DNA from: Pelagomonas calceolata
Taxonomy: Eukaryota
NCBI GenBank assembly: GCA_918797485.1
Contig: CAKKNE010000003.1
Span: 1,860,001-1,924,000 of the forward strand
Reading direction: 5' to 3'
DNA length: 64,000 nt
Part shown: piece after piece, positions 10,545-21,441 of the stretch
Layout: every line of letters begins with the position of its first letter
How positions within the stretch are numbered: position 1 is the first letter of the stretch
Notes under the pieces: model-generated
Database searches by the model: none
Seen by the model: the letters and a program-made list of their open reading frames with translations, nothing else
Told to the model about the DNA's origin: nothing
Made by a program: the position numbers and the translations under genes

Positions 10545-12029
10545 TCACCGCCGGTAGCGCCACCGCTTGAAGTTGAACGCGAGCGTCAAAATGCCCCGCT
10601 CGAAGACACACCGAAAACCTCTTTTGGGCTGCGACTCCCACTGCTGGTTCACGATCTTGAACGCGACGTCTCGGTAGGGCGGTCCCGCCTTGAAGCGCAG
10701 GATCGCGAAATCATCCGAGCCGGGACACGCCTCCAATTTATAGATCGGAGGCTTGCTCGGATCGACCAGATCGGGGTAGAAAATGTTGAACTTGTACCCT
10801 TGTACTGTTTTTGGAGGTGGTTCTTCAGGGGTATAATGCGCTTGATTGTACTTGTTCCACTCGTAGCCCGTCTTGATGCGGTTGAGGTATCTAGGCTTCC
10901 GCAGCCCTTGCACGTTCGCGGTCTCGACTTCAGACGAGGCGAGCATCTGCTCCTCGTCGTCGGCGAAGCCCCTGGAGACTTCTCTCGCGCGCAGTTCGTC
11001 GCCGTTCACATCGACGTCGCCTCGCGCGACGACTGGCGTCTCTTGCGTCCTCAGCCTATTGGCAGCTTCCGGGTCTTGTCGCAACTTCTCCGTGCGCCAC
11101 TTCAGGATGACGAGCTGGCGCTGCAATAGCTCTGAATGAGCGTCGTCCAGCGTTCTCGTGGCGGCGGCGCGATCCGCAGCTCTAGCGACGGCGCGCCAGT
11201 ACGCGTCGTCCTGGGCCACCTCCGCTCTTTGCCTAGCTGATGCCGCAGTCTGTTCCAGCTCGGCGCGCGTCTTCCCGCGCAGCAACGACTGGACATCCCC
11301 AGAAACGGCCCCGAGCGCGCGCCCGTCGCTCCCCTCGAGCGCGTCATCAATGAGAACAAGTAAAGCGCGCCAGAAGTCGCGCCACTTGCCGTCACTCCCC
11401 TCTCTCGCAGCATACTCGCGCGCGTCCGTACTAATCTCCTCCAATTGACCTCGGGACAGACCCTCGAGGACGCGCGCCGGCGGCTGAACTTCCACATCTA
11501 AGTCAGCCAGCGCCCGCAGCGCGTCGCCCTCGCACCGTTGGGCGGCTGAGTAGTCCTCCTCGTCGCCTTTCATGGCCTTCTCGCCCAACTCGACCAGCAA
11601 TACGTTCCTCGCCAGCCGGTCGACCGGCCGACTTCTACCACCAGCTAACCTCAACAAACTTCGAAGTCGCGTCTGGTCGCGATGAAAGTCCTCCTCCTTC
11701 GCCTGCCAGTCCTCGAACTGCTCCGCGTCCCTTAGTCTTCTCTCCTCATCCCGGAGCCGCTCCATCTCGGCCAGCTCCGCCTCCCGCGCATCCCTTCGCC
11801 TCCGCACCTTCTCGATCTCCTCGATCCTATCTTCTTCGTCGCGCGACGGCGGGGGCCGCTTCTTTCTTTTCGATTGGTCCTCCTTTTTTTTCCAGACGAA
11901 CGTCGCCCCCAGATCGCGGTCCCCAAACGGGTTGTCGTCGTCGGTGTAGCCGACGCGCTCGTGGAGTCTTGGTTTTTTGTCCTTCTTGTGCTTCTTCTTC
12001 TTGTGTTTTTTTTCTTTGCGGTCGGACAT
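10545..12029 (-). CDS. CACTIN: Cactin (spliceosome-associated)
   Basis: GYTDDDNPFGD; KPRYLNRIKTGYEWNKYNQAHY...PPPKTVQGYKFNIFYPDL...FNFKRWRYRR. Confidence 0.95.
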   Translation of the reverse strand: MSDRKEKKHKKKKHKKDKKPRLHERVGYTDDDNPFGDRDLGATFVWKKKEDQSKRKKRPPPSRDEEDRIEEIEKVRRRRDAREAELAEMERLRDEERRLRDAEQFEDWQAKEEDFHRDQTRLRSLLRLAGGRSRPVDRLARNVLLVELGEKAMKGDEEDYSAAQRCEGDALRALADLDVEVQPPARVLEGLSRGQLEEISTDAREYAAREGSDGKWRDFWRALLVLIDDALEGSDGRALGAVSGDVQSLLRGKTRAELEQTAASARQRAEVAQDDAYWRAVARAADRAAATRTLDDAHSELLQRQLVILKWRTEKLRQDPEAANRLRTQETPVVARGDVDVNGDELRAREVSRGFADDEEQMLASSEVETANVQGLRKPRYLNRIKTGYEWNKYNQAHYTPEEPPPKTVQGYKFNIFYPDLVDPSKPPIYKLEACPGSDDFAILRFKAGPPYRDVAFKIVNQQWESQPKRGFRCVFERGILTLAFNFKRWRYRR

Positions 12030-12244
12030 CTTTGCTTGTGCTGCGCTTTTTCGGCTGTCCCGCGGCGTCGCGCGCTGCGCACAGCTTTGGGGGTGCTGGA
12101 GAGCTGAAGCACTGGGTTGTGCGCGCGGTGGCCTCAGTGGTGAGCTTGCGCTGTCTGCGCGCTAGCTGTGGTCCTTTTGAGCCTGTCGCCACACCCGTAT
12201 CGACTCGGGCGCTTAGCTTGGCTTTTTTTGCTAAGCGCCTACAC

Positions 12245-12267
12245 GCTAGTGTCTTACAGACGCTAGC
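12245..12267 (+). promoter_or_regulatory. CTAG dyad motif (divergent gap)
   Basis: gctagtgtcttacagacgctagc. Confidence 0.7.
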
Positions 12268-12421
12268 TGCAGCTTTTGCGAGCTAGTCGATTTGGGCCTT
12301 GCCAGGGCCTTGCGCGGGTGGTTGTGACCACTAAAGCCGCCTGGGCTGCGCCCTGCGCGCGCGCGCCGTCGAACGAGGTGCTGCAGACCACAACAAGACT
12401 TGGTCACATTTGCTCGCAGCC

Positions 12422-13264
12422 ATGGAGAATGGGACCGCGCCGGACGAAATTCAGCAAGCCATAGATGATGGCGACCGCTCCGCGGTAGAAGCCTGGCTCG
12501 ACAGCGGCGGCGACCCCAACGCCATGTTTACTGCTGGTGATAATGAAGCGGACTGGTCGCTACTACGACGAGCGGCGCGCCGTGGCAGAGCCAAGATAAT
12601 AAGCCTTTTGCTGTCGCGGGGCGCTGACATCGATGCTACCGATCGCGATGGGAGGACGGCCCTGTACCAGATGCTGAACTACTGGACGGCATACGGATCA
12701 CTACCGGCATTAAGGCTCCTCCTTTCGCGCGGCCCTGACGTTAATTTGGCATTAAATGAAAGCTCTGGATTTGCCGGTAGGAGCCCTCTCCATAATACGG
12801 CTGCGCCCGGCAACGTCGACCCCATGCGGATGTTGCTGCGCGCCGGCGCCGATCCTGAGCTTCGCGACAGTTATGGTTGTACGGCGGAAGATCACGCTAG
12901 ACGCGGCGTTAATCGATCAAGCAGAAGTATGTACGTCGAACAGTGCGCCGATCTGCTAAGAGACGTCCGCCTCGCCAGCGGCTGGGTGCGTTATGCGCTC
13001 CGGCCACACTATGACCTGCTCGTGTTGCGCGCCCTCTGCCATCGTCAGCGCTCGACGTTTAGTGGCCGGACGCCGGAAGTGCTCGTGCGGCTCTTCGGCG
13101 CGCCGGACGCCGGGCGCCGCAAATACACGATTCGCGGCCGGGTGGATCTCCCCGATCCGCTGTTCTGGCGCGTCCTCGAGTTCGCGCTCGGGCCCGCGTA
13201 CGACTATCCCTGGGTCCGGGAGCGTGTCCGAGCGCGCGCGGCGGCCGTGGTTGCCGCTGAATAA
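12422..13264 (+). CDS. Ankyrin-repeat protein
   Basis: LLLSRGADIDATDRDGRTAL, GRSPLH...LLRAGADPELRD. Confidence 0.85.
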   Translation: MENGTAPDEIQQAIDDGDRSAVEAWLDSGGDPNAMFTAGDNEADWSLLRRAARRGRAKIISLLLSRGADIDATDRDGRTALYQMLNYWTAYGSLPALRLLLSRGPDVNLALNESSGFAGRSPLHNTAAPGNVDPMRMLLRAGADPELRDSYGCTAEDHARRGVNRSSRSMYVEQCADLLRDVRLASGWVRYALRPHYDLLVLRALCHRQRSTFSGRTPEVLVRLFGAPDAGRRKYTIRGRVDLPDPLFWRVLEFALGPAYDYPWVRERVRARAAAVVAAE

Positions 13265-13340
13265 GTGTGTGAACTGTGAATTGATAAAGTGCGGATTTTG
13301 CTACCTTGATAAAGGTGGATGCCGCATCGGGCGCGGCTTA

Positions 13341-13364
13341 CCTAGCGGCCTGTAAGACACTAGG
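13341..13364 (-). promoter_or_regulatory. CTAG dyad motif
   Basis: Reverse complement cctagtgtcttacaggccgctagg. Confidence 0.7.
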
Positions 13365-13541
13365 CATCCCAGCAAGCAGCTCACAAGACCTGCAAAAAGT
13401 CGCAGAGCTCGCCATTTGCAACACCGCGGCATTTCTGAGACGTGCCACTATAGCTTTGAAGTCCTGGACAGCTCGCTGGAATCGCTGCGCCATCGTGTGC
13501 ACAACGAGCACGCTGCACCTCAGCTAGACGCCACCGCCGCC

Positions 13542-14378
13542 ATGCTAGCGCACAAAGTAGCAGTCGTCACCGGCGCCGGCCGCGGCATCGGTCTGTCAAT
13601 AGCCAAACTGCTCGCCAGGCAGGGCGCTTCCATTGTAGTCAACGACCTCGACGCGGGTATCGCGGAGCAGGCCGCCGCATCCGTGAGGCAAGACGGCGCC
13701 GAAGCTATAAGTGTACCAGGCTCGGTCGCCGACGACGGCTTTGGCGAGCGTCTCGCGCAAGAAACGTCAGATAAATTCGGCCGCGCGGACATCCTCGTGA
13801 ACAACGCTGGTATGTTATGGGACGGCATGCTCCACACGATGGACGACGCCCAGTGGCAGAAAGTATTAGATGTTCATGCCACAGCTCCATTTAGAATTAT
13901 TAGAGCGTTTGCGCCGTTGTTGAGGGACGCGGGGAAGGCGGAGGTGCTCGACGGTACTACAGTACAAGATAGAAGCATAATAAACGTCTCCTCGACGTCG
14001 GGCCTCCACGGCAATCTGGGCCAGGCGAATTATGCGTTGGCCAAGGCCGGCGTGCTCGGCCTCACGAAAACCGTCGCCAAGGAGTGGGGGCCCTTCGGCG
14101 TACGATGTAATAGTGTAGCCTTTGGCATGGTCGACACGCGGATGACGCAATCAAATGATGGAGATGATTCTGAAGCGGACGACGACGCGCCGCCGCAAGG
14201 CTTGCCGCCCGACGTCGCGGCGATGTGGTCCTCGCCGAAAATGCTCAAGATGGCCGTGCCTCTACAAAGAAAAGGCACGCCGGACGAGGCTGCTGGGGCT
14301 GTTTTGATGCTGGCCTCGCCCTATGCTTCTTATATCACGGGCGCTACTTTGGAATGTACGGGCGGCATGGGGATTTGA
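13542..14378 (+). CDS. Short-chain dehydrogenase/reductase (FabG-like)
   Basis: TGAGRGIG, NNAG, YALAK motifs. Confidence 0.9.
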   Translation: MLAHKVAVVTGAGRGIGLSIAKLLARQGASIVVNDLDAGIAEQAAASVRQDGAEAISVPGSVADDGFGERLAQETSDKFGRADILVNNAGMLWDGMLHTMDDAQWQKVLDVHATAPFRIIRAFAPLLRDAGKAEVLDGTTVQDRSIINVSSTSGLHGNLGQANYALAKAGVLGLTKTVAKEWGPFGVRCNSVAFGMVDTRMTQSNDGDDSEADDDAPPQGLPPDVAAMWSSPKMLKMAVPLQRKGTPDEAAGAVLMLASPYASYITGATLECTGGMGI

Positions 14379-14617
14379 GGGCGCGGCGGCGGCGTCGACG
14401 GTGCGCGTCCGCGGCGACGGCGTGATGGCGACGGTGTGCCTCCGCTGCGATGGCGTGGAGCGAACGCCGCCGTCGACGTGTGAAGGCGACGGCACCGCGC
14501 CTAGGATGGTATGAAGCGAACGCCATCGACGCGCCGCCGCCGCGCGCGGGGAGACGCACCTAAGTCTAGTGTTGTGGTAGGGTACAGATACTACTCGAAA
14601 CAGGGAGGGACTCCAAG

Positions 14618-15901
14618 CTAGAAGTTCAGCGAGTCCTGGATGATCATGGCCCGCGTGCTGTCCATGACGACCTGGACGTTGGCCGTGTCCGTCGCGCAGG
14701 TGACGTGGTGGAAGACCTTGCGGTCGGGGTCGCGGTTCTGCTTGAGGAAGTAGCGGAGGAAGTAGTCGACGCCCGCCGCGTAGTCGTTCGGCGGACCGTC
14801 ATAGTCGCGGAAGCAGCCCTCGCCGCCGATGCGCACGTCGCGGATCTTCTTCTGGAACAAGTCGCGCTTGTTCAGGAACAGGATGATCGGCGTCTCCGCG
14901 AAGGCCGGGTTCGCGCAGATGTCTCTGAAGAGATACACGGAATCCTTCATGCGGTTCGTCGTCTCGTCCTCGAACATCTTCTGGTCGTAGTCCGAGAGCG
15001 ACGCGACAAATATGATGCCCGTCACGCCCTCGAAGCAGTGGGCCCACTTCCTACGTTCATTCCTCTGCCCGCCGACGTCGTACATCTCGTACTGCCGATC
15101 CTCGATCGTGTACTTCGTGGTCACAATACCATGCGTGCGCACGCGCGCCGCGAGGATGTCTTGATTGGAAGGCACCCAGTCGTCCTTGCCGATCTCGTCG
15201 AGCTTGTTGAAGAAGTAGACCACGCTCTCCACGAGCTGCACCCTCCCCCTTAGCTTCCACATGGCCTGGATCGCCGGGTCCTTCCACAACGCTTGCAACG
15301 CGTTTCCCAGTTCCTCGTCGATGGGCTCGTCGACTTCCGCCGCCCGCACCAACTCCAACGCGTCTTGACAACCAACTTCTAAGCCGCGCGTTTCATCAAA
15401 ATTTTCTAAGTTGGTAATGAGCGTCTGCATGGCCTCCAGGACGTTCTCGTGGATCACCGCCTTGATGTATATCGCCTCTTCGCTCGTGAAGGGCGTCCCG
15501 TACAAGATCTTCATCTGCTTGAAGAGCGTGCTCTTGCCGGACTCGCCGGCTCCTAAAATCAAGAGCTTGATCTTGCGCGACTCGGCGGCGCAGCTCTGCG
15601 TGAGGCTGCGCGAGAGCTGCGGATGGGGGGATTGTGTCGACGGTGGTGCGGTCGCGTCGATGGCGTGGCGCGTCGACGGCGTGACGCGGGCGCGTCAATG
15701 GCGTGGGACGTCGTGTGAGCACGCCATCGCCGCGGCACGAGGGGGCACGCGCGTCGGGCGCGGGCGCGCGTGTGGGTTGTGGGTGGGGCCGCGGCGAGAC
15801 GCGCGCGCGGGCGTGCTTCCAGTAAAGACGCCGGCACCTACCTCGCTGTCGCTCTTGCCCCAGCCGCCGTCGTCTTCCGCAACAGAGGCGCCGCAGCCCA
15901 T
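14618..15901 (-). CDS. Heterotrimeric G-protein alpha subunit (352 aa; exons 15901-15842, 15616-14618)
   Basis: MGCG lipidation start; KIKLLILGAGESGKST, DVGGQR, NKRD, TCATD; GT-AG intron 15617-15841 restores the frame. Confidence 0.93.
15617..15841 (-). mobile_element. Introner-like intron (225 bp) in G-alpha
   Basis: GT..AG; several CGCC(A/G)TCGACGCG cores; TSD no longer visible. Confidence 0.75.
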
Positions 15902-16170
15902 AATGTGCCACCTGGATGCTTTTTGGCAGCGCGCGCGCGCGCGGTCGCGGTTTTTCACTGCGCGACGGCTGTCCGTTGATGTCAGCCGCCTGCTACTCGC
16001 CTCGGCTGCTCCTGCGGGGCCTCGTTACGTGGGGCGCCAGGACGCACAAGGGGCAGCCCAGGCTGGGGGCAAAACACTCAGGACGGTTTCCCACTCGCGC
16101 GGCCGCGAGAGGAGCTTCTTTGTCTCTTGTTTGGGAGCGTTGGAGAGCGAGCCGAGGCTTCTAAAATCAT

Positions 16171-16194
16171 CCTAGTGCCTTACAGGACGCTAGC
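16171..16194 (+). promoter_or_regulatory. CTAG dyad motif (divergent gap)
   Basis: cctagtgccttacaggacgctagc. Confidence 0.7.
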
Positions 16195-16374
16195 TCTTTA
16201 GTTTTTGCGCAGATGACGTCAAACGCGGCTGTACGGCTGCCCCAGACTACCACAGGTTGCATATCGATCGATTAGTGGCAGTAAAGGTCGCTGGCTTGCA
16301 TCTCAAAGCAAAACACTGCATTCAGGCAGCGTGAACTTGCACTTTTGCAGCACTGCTTGCTTCAAACGCCCAGC

Positions 16375-18177
16375 ATGGCTCGGACGGCGGTGCGTGCGGG
16401 TCGTTCAATGGTGTCGGCGTTGACGCTGCTGCAGTGGTGCTCGCTGGCGCGCGGCCTGACTGTCGGCGTGCAGTCGCCGTCACCGACGGCAGCGCGCCTG
16501 ACCATCGTTCAGGTCACGGACGTGTACACCCTCGAAAATTTTCCGAGGCTCAAGACGCTGCTGCACGATGTGCGAACGACGAATCCAGCGACGATCTCGA
16601 TGCTCACGGGCGACTTCCTCGCGCCTTATCTGTTGAGCTCGATCGACAAGGGACATGGCATGATGCGCATGATCAACGAGACGCCCATCGACTACCTGAC
16701 GTGGGGCAATCATGAGGCCGACATCGACCACAAGGAGGTGTGCGGCCACGTTCGGGGCTATCGCGGCAAGTGGCTCAACTCAAATATGTTGGATCACGAA
16801 GCGATGGACGCGCAGCAGGAATACGACGTGGTATCGATTGTCAGCGAGGACGGCACGCAGACGCGCCGCATCGGTCTCGTCGCGTGCTTATCAGATGATC
16901 CGGCGCTGTATGCGAATTTTAAGGCACCCGGCGCCTTCGGCGGCGCGACGATTGACTGCCCGTGGGGTACGCTCCGTCGGCTGAAGTCGAAGCTCGAGGA
17001 CGATGAGCGGTGCGACCTGGTCGTGCCACTGCAGCACACATACGTGCCCGACGACCACAGGACCTGCCGCGAGTTCGACATTCCCGTGGTCCTATCCGGT
17101 CACGACCACCACAAAGTCGATGAGGTCGTCGCCGGCACACGACTACTCAAGCCCGGGCTCGACGCCATCTACGCGACGGTGCTCACCATCGAGTGGGCCA
17201 ACGCACAACAGGCGGAACCGACGATCGCGGCCGAATTTGTACCCCTCGCCGACTATGCTGCGGACGCGGCGATGGCGGCCGCGGCTACGGAAGCGTACGA
17301 GGTGCTCGCGCCGCTCCGCAACAGCGAGCTCGCGCGCGTGCCGGCGCACTTCCGGCCGCTCTCGTCGTCCAACAGCCGCGGCCGCGTCTGCTCGATGGGC
17401 CGGCTCGTGTGTACTTTGATTCGCAACGCGGTCAACACCGACCGCTCGCTCGGCGGGGAGCACGTCGACGGCTGTATAATCATGGGCGGCAACATAAGGG
17501 GCGGCGCGGACTATTCTCCCGAGTCGTTCTTCTCGCTGGAGACCTTGGAGGCCGAGGTGAAGCCGGAGGAGGTCGTGGGAATTGTGGAGATGCCCGGCTG
17601 GCTGCTCTCGGAGGGCGTGCGGGCCACTCACCGCGGAGATCCTATCCCCGGCTGGTTTCAATACGGCGACGGAATAGACGAATGTGAGGAAGCTGACGCC
17701 ATCACGATGGTCGCTGGCCGGCCGCTCGAGCGGGATGCCGTCTATCGCATCGTCACCAAGGTCGGCGACCTGACCAATGGGCAGTCGGCGCCCTTCACCG
17801 ATTATTATACGTCGCACCCGGAGGCGCTCCCGCCGAAGGGCAACTACCTCAACATCCACAGCTTGCTCATGAGCTACTTCGCCCGGAACCTGTGGCACCG
17901 CATGTGGGAGGATATCCACGCGGATGACGAGGACGGCGTGCTCGACGCATTAGACCTGGATGGCGACGGTCAAATCAGTGTGGAGGAGATCCACGCGGCA
18001 CTCGCGCGCATCCTGGGCATGTCGACGGACTGCACGCAGATGGCCCTCGCGCGATACGTGCACCGCTTCGCCGACGTGAACGGCCAGGGCGAGGTCACGC
18101 GCGATGACCTGCTGCGCTTCGTGCGGGACGAGGGCCTCTTCAGCGACTACGAAGATGGACTGCGCGTGACGGCCTAG
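16375..18177 (+). CDS. 5'-nucleotidase/metallophosphoesterase with C-terminal EF-hands
   Basis: TDVY, GDF, GNHE, GHDH, GGNIRG; DLDGDGQISVEE and DVNGQGEVTRDD EF-hands; N-terminal signal-like stretch. Confidence 0.85.
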   Translation: MARTAVRAGRSMVSALTLLQWCSLARGLTVGVQSPSPTAARLTIVQVTDVYTLENFPRLKTLLHDVRTTNPATISMLTGDFLAPYLLSSIDKGHGMMRMINETPIDYLTWGNHEADIDHKEVCGHVRGYRGKWLNSNMLDHEAMDAQQEYDVVSIVSEDGTQTRRIGLVACLSDDPALYANFKAPGAFGGATIDCPWGTLRRLKSKLEDDERCDLVVPLQHTYVPDDHRTCREFDIPVVLSGHDHHKVDEVVAGTRLLKPGLDAIYATVLTIEWANAQQAEPTIAAEFVPLADYAADAAMAAAATEAYEVLAPLRNSELARVPAHFRPLSSSNSRGRVCSMGRLVCTLIRNAVNTDRSLGGEHVDGCIIMGGNIRGGADYSPESFFSLETLEAEVKPEEVVGIVEMPGWLLSEGVRATHRGDPIPGWFQYGDGIDECEEADAITMVAGRPLERDAVYRIVTKVGDLTNGQSAPFTDYYTSHPEALPPKGNYLNIHSLLMSYFARNLWHRMWEDIHADDEDGVLDALDLDGDGQISVEEIHAALARILGMSTDCTQMALARYVHRFADVNGQGEVTRDDLLRFVRDEGLFSDYEDGLRVTA

Positions 18178-18471
18178 GGATTAGTAAGTAGAATGTTGTG
18201 ATAATACAGGGGATCAACGTTACACGGATGCTAATACACCACAACGGGATGGGTAGGGGGAACATCACGGCGCGCCGCGGCCGTTGGGGGGGGAGGCGCG
18301 GCGCGGCAACGTGTTTCGGCGGAGCTAGGCCGCCGAGTGCATGGTCGTCGACGCGGCCGTCGTCGCCGAGTCCATGCTGCTGAAGTCCGTGGACGCCGTC
18401 GAGTCCATCGCCGCGACCGAGGACCTGCGCGGGGACATCATGAGGAAATGATCATGCAGACGCGGCCAATA

Positions 18472-21441
18472 CTAGGCGCCCCCCGTCCAATCCTCCGTCT
18501 TTAAGTTCTTCGCTTGCTCCCACGTCATCGACGAGATCAACCGGTCCGCGAAGCCCGCCTTCTTCTTCTTCTGCATCAAGCAGCGCGGGATGTACTTCTT
18601 GGACCAGGGGTAGTGCTTGAGGCACAACTTGACGTTTTCTTGCGAGAGCGTGAAGTCCTTGGTCAGCCAGACGACGCAGAACAGGAACATGAGGTAGACC
18701 ACTAAACCATTCATCGACACGAAGAGATCCCCCGAGTCGGCCGTCCGGCCGTCCTTGCGCATCATGAGGTGGGCGGGAAACTTGCCACAAACAGCTTTCT
18801 GCTGCGAGACGGGCAGCATCCAGTGCGCGAGCGCACAGCTCGTCCAGTCCTCCCAGTTCCCGATATAGCGGCCGGCAGCTGTGAGTGACGTGTAGATGTA
18901 CTGCACTCTACCGACCGGAATGATCATGATGATGATGTTGAAGGTCAGGGGCTGCTTCAGGACATCTAAGTCGAACTTCGAGACCATCTGTTTAGCTTTC
19001 ATGGTCACCATCGACGTCGCGGACTTCGGTAAGTCACTTCTCGCTACCTTAAAATCCGTGACCTTTTTGGTCATGGCCCGCACCTGCGTGGGAATCAATC
19101 AGTGCGTCGGGGTCGCGTCGATGGCGCGTCGATGGCGTGGAGTGCGTCGGGTGCACGCCATCGAGCAGATATCATGAAGATGGCGTCGAGGTCGACGCGA
19201 CGACTTCGACGCCGGCCCGCACGGCGCGCACGTTCCTATGGAGATCGCGCAACGCCGTGAAGATGACGACGAAGTAGACCACATAGCAGCCGGCCTCCAC
19301 ATAGATCGAGTGCGTCTTCGTCCGCGACGCCCCGTGGCACCCGTCGTGCGTGTAGTAGAAGTCTAGACTATTGTCGTAGCCCGCCTTCCCGGCCAAAATC
19401 ATCGGCAACGTATCGAGGAAGAACGGTAAAAGGTAGGTCAGGGGCATCCCATAAAGCTTGAAGAAGCGCCAGACCTCTTTCGGGGAATACAAGTAACGGA
19501 CGCGTAGTAGTAGGTCCGTGGCCGACGCGACGAAGACGAAGGGCGTCAACCGGTAGAAGTAGCCCGCAATAATAGCCAGCCACGTGCACTCGTTCCAGTC
19601 CTCCTGAATTGATGGGGCCGTTTGATCAACACATAAAATCTCGCCGACGTGGACGTTCCGCGACACGGCCATGTAGCGCGCCGCCCAGTTCACCTCCAGC
19701 GTGAACAACAAAGAGAAGAACCACATGAACCAGTGGTAGTTATCTTTAAAATGTTCCGGTAAGATCCAACTGTAGGAGAACGTAAAGCATATGAGTAGGA
19801 AGAAGGTGATGTGCCAGAGGACCCAGCTGATCAAACCTCGCCATTGCAAGTAGGGCCCCGTGAAGGTCCAGCGTCTCGGATATAAAGGAGGAGGACACGT
19901 GATCGCGCAGGCCGTGTGCGAGACCTTGTTCTGGTTCGGCCGCGACGGATCTTTCACGAAGGCCATGCCCAGGCCGCAGGAGATGGGGGTGGACGCGTCG
20001 AGGTCGTTGGCCGTGCCGAAGTCGATTACAACTAGTGAAGTGTTGAGGAGCGCGTCGTCCGTCGTACCAGGAGACTGGGATGAAGGACCGGACAAGCCCC
20101 ACGACCCGTCGCCCCTTTCGTCGCAGTCCAGCTTCAAAGCATCGTCTAAGTAGGAGTCGGCCCTGGACAGCATGCCCGCGCACTCGAGGCGGTAGTCGTC
20201 GCAGGTCTCGCGGCCTGTGTTTCAAGGAGTGTCAATCGACGGCGTCGACCGTCGCTCTCTCTCTCGCCGCGACGGCGTCGACGCGAAGGCCACGCCGTCA
20301 GTCGCGATTGCGTCGCTCTCTCGCGTCGCGACGGCGTCGACGGCGATGGACGCGCGAGTCCCGTCGACGGCGTCAATGCGAAAGTAGGACGCCGTCGCAT
20401 ACCAGAAATGGCCGGGAGGCCGTTGATTGGTAGAGAAACGTGTCGCGCGCACACGGCCGCGCGGGCGGCGCGCTGGCAGGTGGCCGACGCCCAGGTCGGG
20501 ATCTGCGCCTGCAGGGCCTGGACCCGGGCCTCGACGAGGGCCTGGACGACGGACGGGGGCTGGAGGGGAGCTATTGTCGGGTCCACCTGTGTTGAACGAT
20601 GCCGTCACGAAATTGCCGCGGCTCTCTCACGAGACGCGTAGACGCTCTGACGGCCACGTCGACGGCGTCAAGGGCGGCATGGCATCGCGCCGACGCCATC
20701 GACGCGACCACGTCAAGCTCAAATTCATTTCTGCTCCGAGTCCGACCAGAGGCCCAGCCGGCACCGCGATGTCAGTCACCAAACCGGCGCAGGCCGTGCC
20801 CTCGTAGGCCTCGGTCACGGCGCCGACGACGACGTCCTGGCCGCTGACGCAGGTCGCCGTGTCGGTGGAGCAGGTCACGCCGAGGTCGGTCAGCACGTGC
20901 GCGGGGCAGGCCGCGGACACGGCGTCGCAGGTCGCCTGGCAGGGTGATGATGTGGCGCCGCACGTGGCGTGGGTTGAGAGGCCTGCGTGGCGTTTGTGAG
21001 TTTTGTACAAGGCCATCGCGACACGGCCGCGGCTCTCTCGCGCGACGCGTCGACGCTCTGACGGCACGTCGTCGAGGCGACCCGGTTTCCTGAAGACGCC
21101 ATCGACGCGACCGCGTCGAGTTCGAGTGTGGGCGGGCCGGCGCGGAGAGAAGAAAAGAAGGGGCGCCGGCAGCGACAGGCGAGCTTCTTGAGCGCCGCCT
21201 TGCAGGGCGTATCCAGCGACGCGTGGAGGCGCGCGCTCTCGGCGGCGTCGTCGCCGTTCACCAACGCAATGGCGGCCTCGTCGGGGTGGAAGCCCGCGGG
21301 CACCGCGAAGTCGTAGTCGACGGCCGACGCGCACATGAGCGTGGCGTCGGCCTGTTCCGCCGGCGTGTAGGTGTGGCAGGTCGCGGCCGACGCGCGCGCC
21401 GGGGGCAGCGCCGCGAGGGCCAGGATCACCGCCGCGCGCAT
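18472..21441 (-). CDS. Frizzled/Smoothened-like multi-TM receptor with Cys-rich ectodomain (762 aa; exons 21441-21177, 20982-20747, 20586-20403, 20214-19223, 19083-18472)
   Basis: Signal peptide; two FZ-CRD-like units (CKAALKKLAC...PCQATCDAVSAAC; CQRAARAAVC...RETCDDYRLEC); CAITCPPP followed by ~7 hydrophobic segments; all four intron phases are consistent. Confidence 0.7.
19084..19222 (-). mobile_element. Introner intron (139 bp) with perfect TSD GTGCGGGC
   Basis: The first 8-9 nt of the intron equal the first nt of the next exon; tandem cores. Confidence 0.85.
20215..20402 (-). mobile_element. Introner-like intron (188 bp)
   Basis: GTATGC..ACACAG; CGCCGTCGACG repeats. Confidence 0.75.
20587..20746 (-). 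mobile_element. Introner-like intron (160 bp)
   Basis: GT..ACACAG; 5' CTCGGAGCAGAAA shared with 29881-30133; internal similarity to 20983-21176 and 47198-47355. Confidence 0.8.
20983..21176 (-). mobile_element. Introner-like intron (194 bp)
   Basis: GT..ACGCAG; core in antisense orientation. Confidence 0.75.

Noticed and set aside
12245..12267. CTAG dyad as a Helitron 3' terminus
   Set aside because: No shared upstream body sequence, not followed by T as expected, and strictly promoter-positioned; kept only as a remote origin hypothesis
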